A stretch of 64,000 nucleotides of DNA from Octopus sinensis (Eukaryota): positions 181,908,001-181,972,000 of the forward strand of contig NC_042998.1 of NCBI RefSeq assembly GCF_006345805.1, written 5' to 3'. The position numbers and the translations under genes are program-made. The notes beneath the pieces are model-generated. The model searched no databases. It was not told the origin of the DNA and saw only the letters and a program-made list of their open reading frames with translations. Below are positions 62,789-64,000 of the stretch, piece by piece (the first letter of the stretch is position 1; each line of letters starts with the position of its first letter).

Positions 62789-63276
62789 GTATAGATACAT
62801 ATATATGTATCAAGAACAATCTTACTTAGAAATGGATGAGTGCGTTCCGTCATATAATAAATTAATAAATAAAACATATGCATATATACATACATATATG
62901 GACGTACCTACCTCTACATGTATATATACACGCATATATGGGTACAGGACACAAAAACGTCGAACACAATGAAAAACGAAAGCATAAACACAAAACCAAG
63001 GAACTGGACATTTTTCTTAAACAACAAAAAAATAGAGTACAGGACAAATAACACAAGGAAAATTCCCCTTCTTCAGTTGCCATGGTTTCATCTACTCTGC
63101 GTTTCGAAGGTGAAGGCGATACGCATCTTTGATAGAAACTTTCCTTTTCGCGAAAAGCAAGTTAAATAAAATTTGAGATCTTTTTGCGGAATATATATAT
63201 GTGTATATACATATATACATATACAGCTATACATATACATGTATATATATACATCTATATATATACATTTGTGAAG

Positions 63277-63349
<73 letters not shown>

Positions 63350-63385
63350 ATGTATATATGTATGCTTGTATATATGTGAGATAAT

Positions 63386-63616
63386 ACAGCAGTATCATAT
63401 CTTCTCCACTATTTCAGTTTTACGTGTCAAAAGTGAAACAATAACATCTCACTATTGCAATGTGAGATACTTCTGTTTTAATAGTTTCACTTTCATAATG
63501 AAACTATTAAAGTGAAACTATTAAAGTGAAAGCATCTGATATCACAATAGAGAGATGTTATTGTTTCACTTTTGACACATAATACTGAAAGAGTGGAGAA
63601 GTTATGATATTGCTGT
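63386..63616. repeat. Foldback/MITE with ~71-bp TIRs and internal gtgaaactattaaa subrepeats
   Basis: acagcagtatcatatcttctccact...ctattg mirrors caatag...agtggagaagttatgatattgctgt. Confidence 0.85.
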
Positions 63617-64000
63617 GGGCTCACACTAGGCAAGAAGTTAAAAAATTTTCTTGCCCATGACACTACATGGACCCTAAGTAAGGCATGTGTAAAATTTGAA
63701 TGAAATTGGTTGTGTTGTTCTCAAAGTTTAGGGATTCACACAGACAGACACACATACTCATCTTTATATATATATATATATATATAATAAAATATTAGGG
63801 AATAAGTCCAAACTTACAGGGAAAAATCAGATTTAGGATTGAATACAATTTTATAGTAAAATATTATATTATATTAAATTAGAAATAAAACCACTATTAG
63901 GCAAATCAAACAATGAAAAACTTAAGCCAATACATAAAATTAATTAATTTATATTATTTCAAATATATATCAAAAGTATTAAAAGTTTAATAAAAGATAA

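Noticed and set aside
63060-63170. Possible Penelope-type minimal hammerhead (CGAAAC, CTGAAGA, palindrome TTTTCGCGAAAA)
   Set aside because: The core motifs are in the wrong order and cannot be folded into a type I or type III hammerhead by eye.

Overview
AT-rich eukaryotic genomic DNA, very probably from an octopus. This is inferred from the dense (TA)n tracts, the SINE/RTE repeat families and a metazoan RNASEH2A exon. There is no prokaryotic content, CRISPR array, rRNA or intact tRNA gene. The only confidently recognised host gene is exon 1 of RNASEH2A (22515-22641, + strand). I could not find its later exons in the remaining 41 kb. Some phase-compatible candidate exons of unidentified minus-strand genes are present (8332-7424, 1819-1614, 38271-36841). 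Most of the window is transposable elements: RTE and CR1 LINE relics, three or four SINE/tail families, two mariners, a DD37D Tc1/mariner with nested insertions, Merlin-like and pogo-like MITEs, a solo LTR and a Helitron set. The most notable structures are (i) a five-unit head-to-tail Helitron concatemer with exact CTAG|TC junctions, (ii) a 1.1-kb foldback with ~545-bp arms, (iii) spacer-less or nested palindromes at 6.3 kb and 46.5 kb, and (iv) a two-segment templated insertion with microhomology at 56.0 kb. I found no clearly new biological system; the findings concern mobile-element and repair biology. Boundaries were read by eye and are approximate unless termini or TSDs are quoted.
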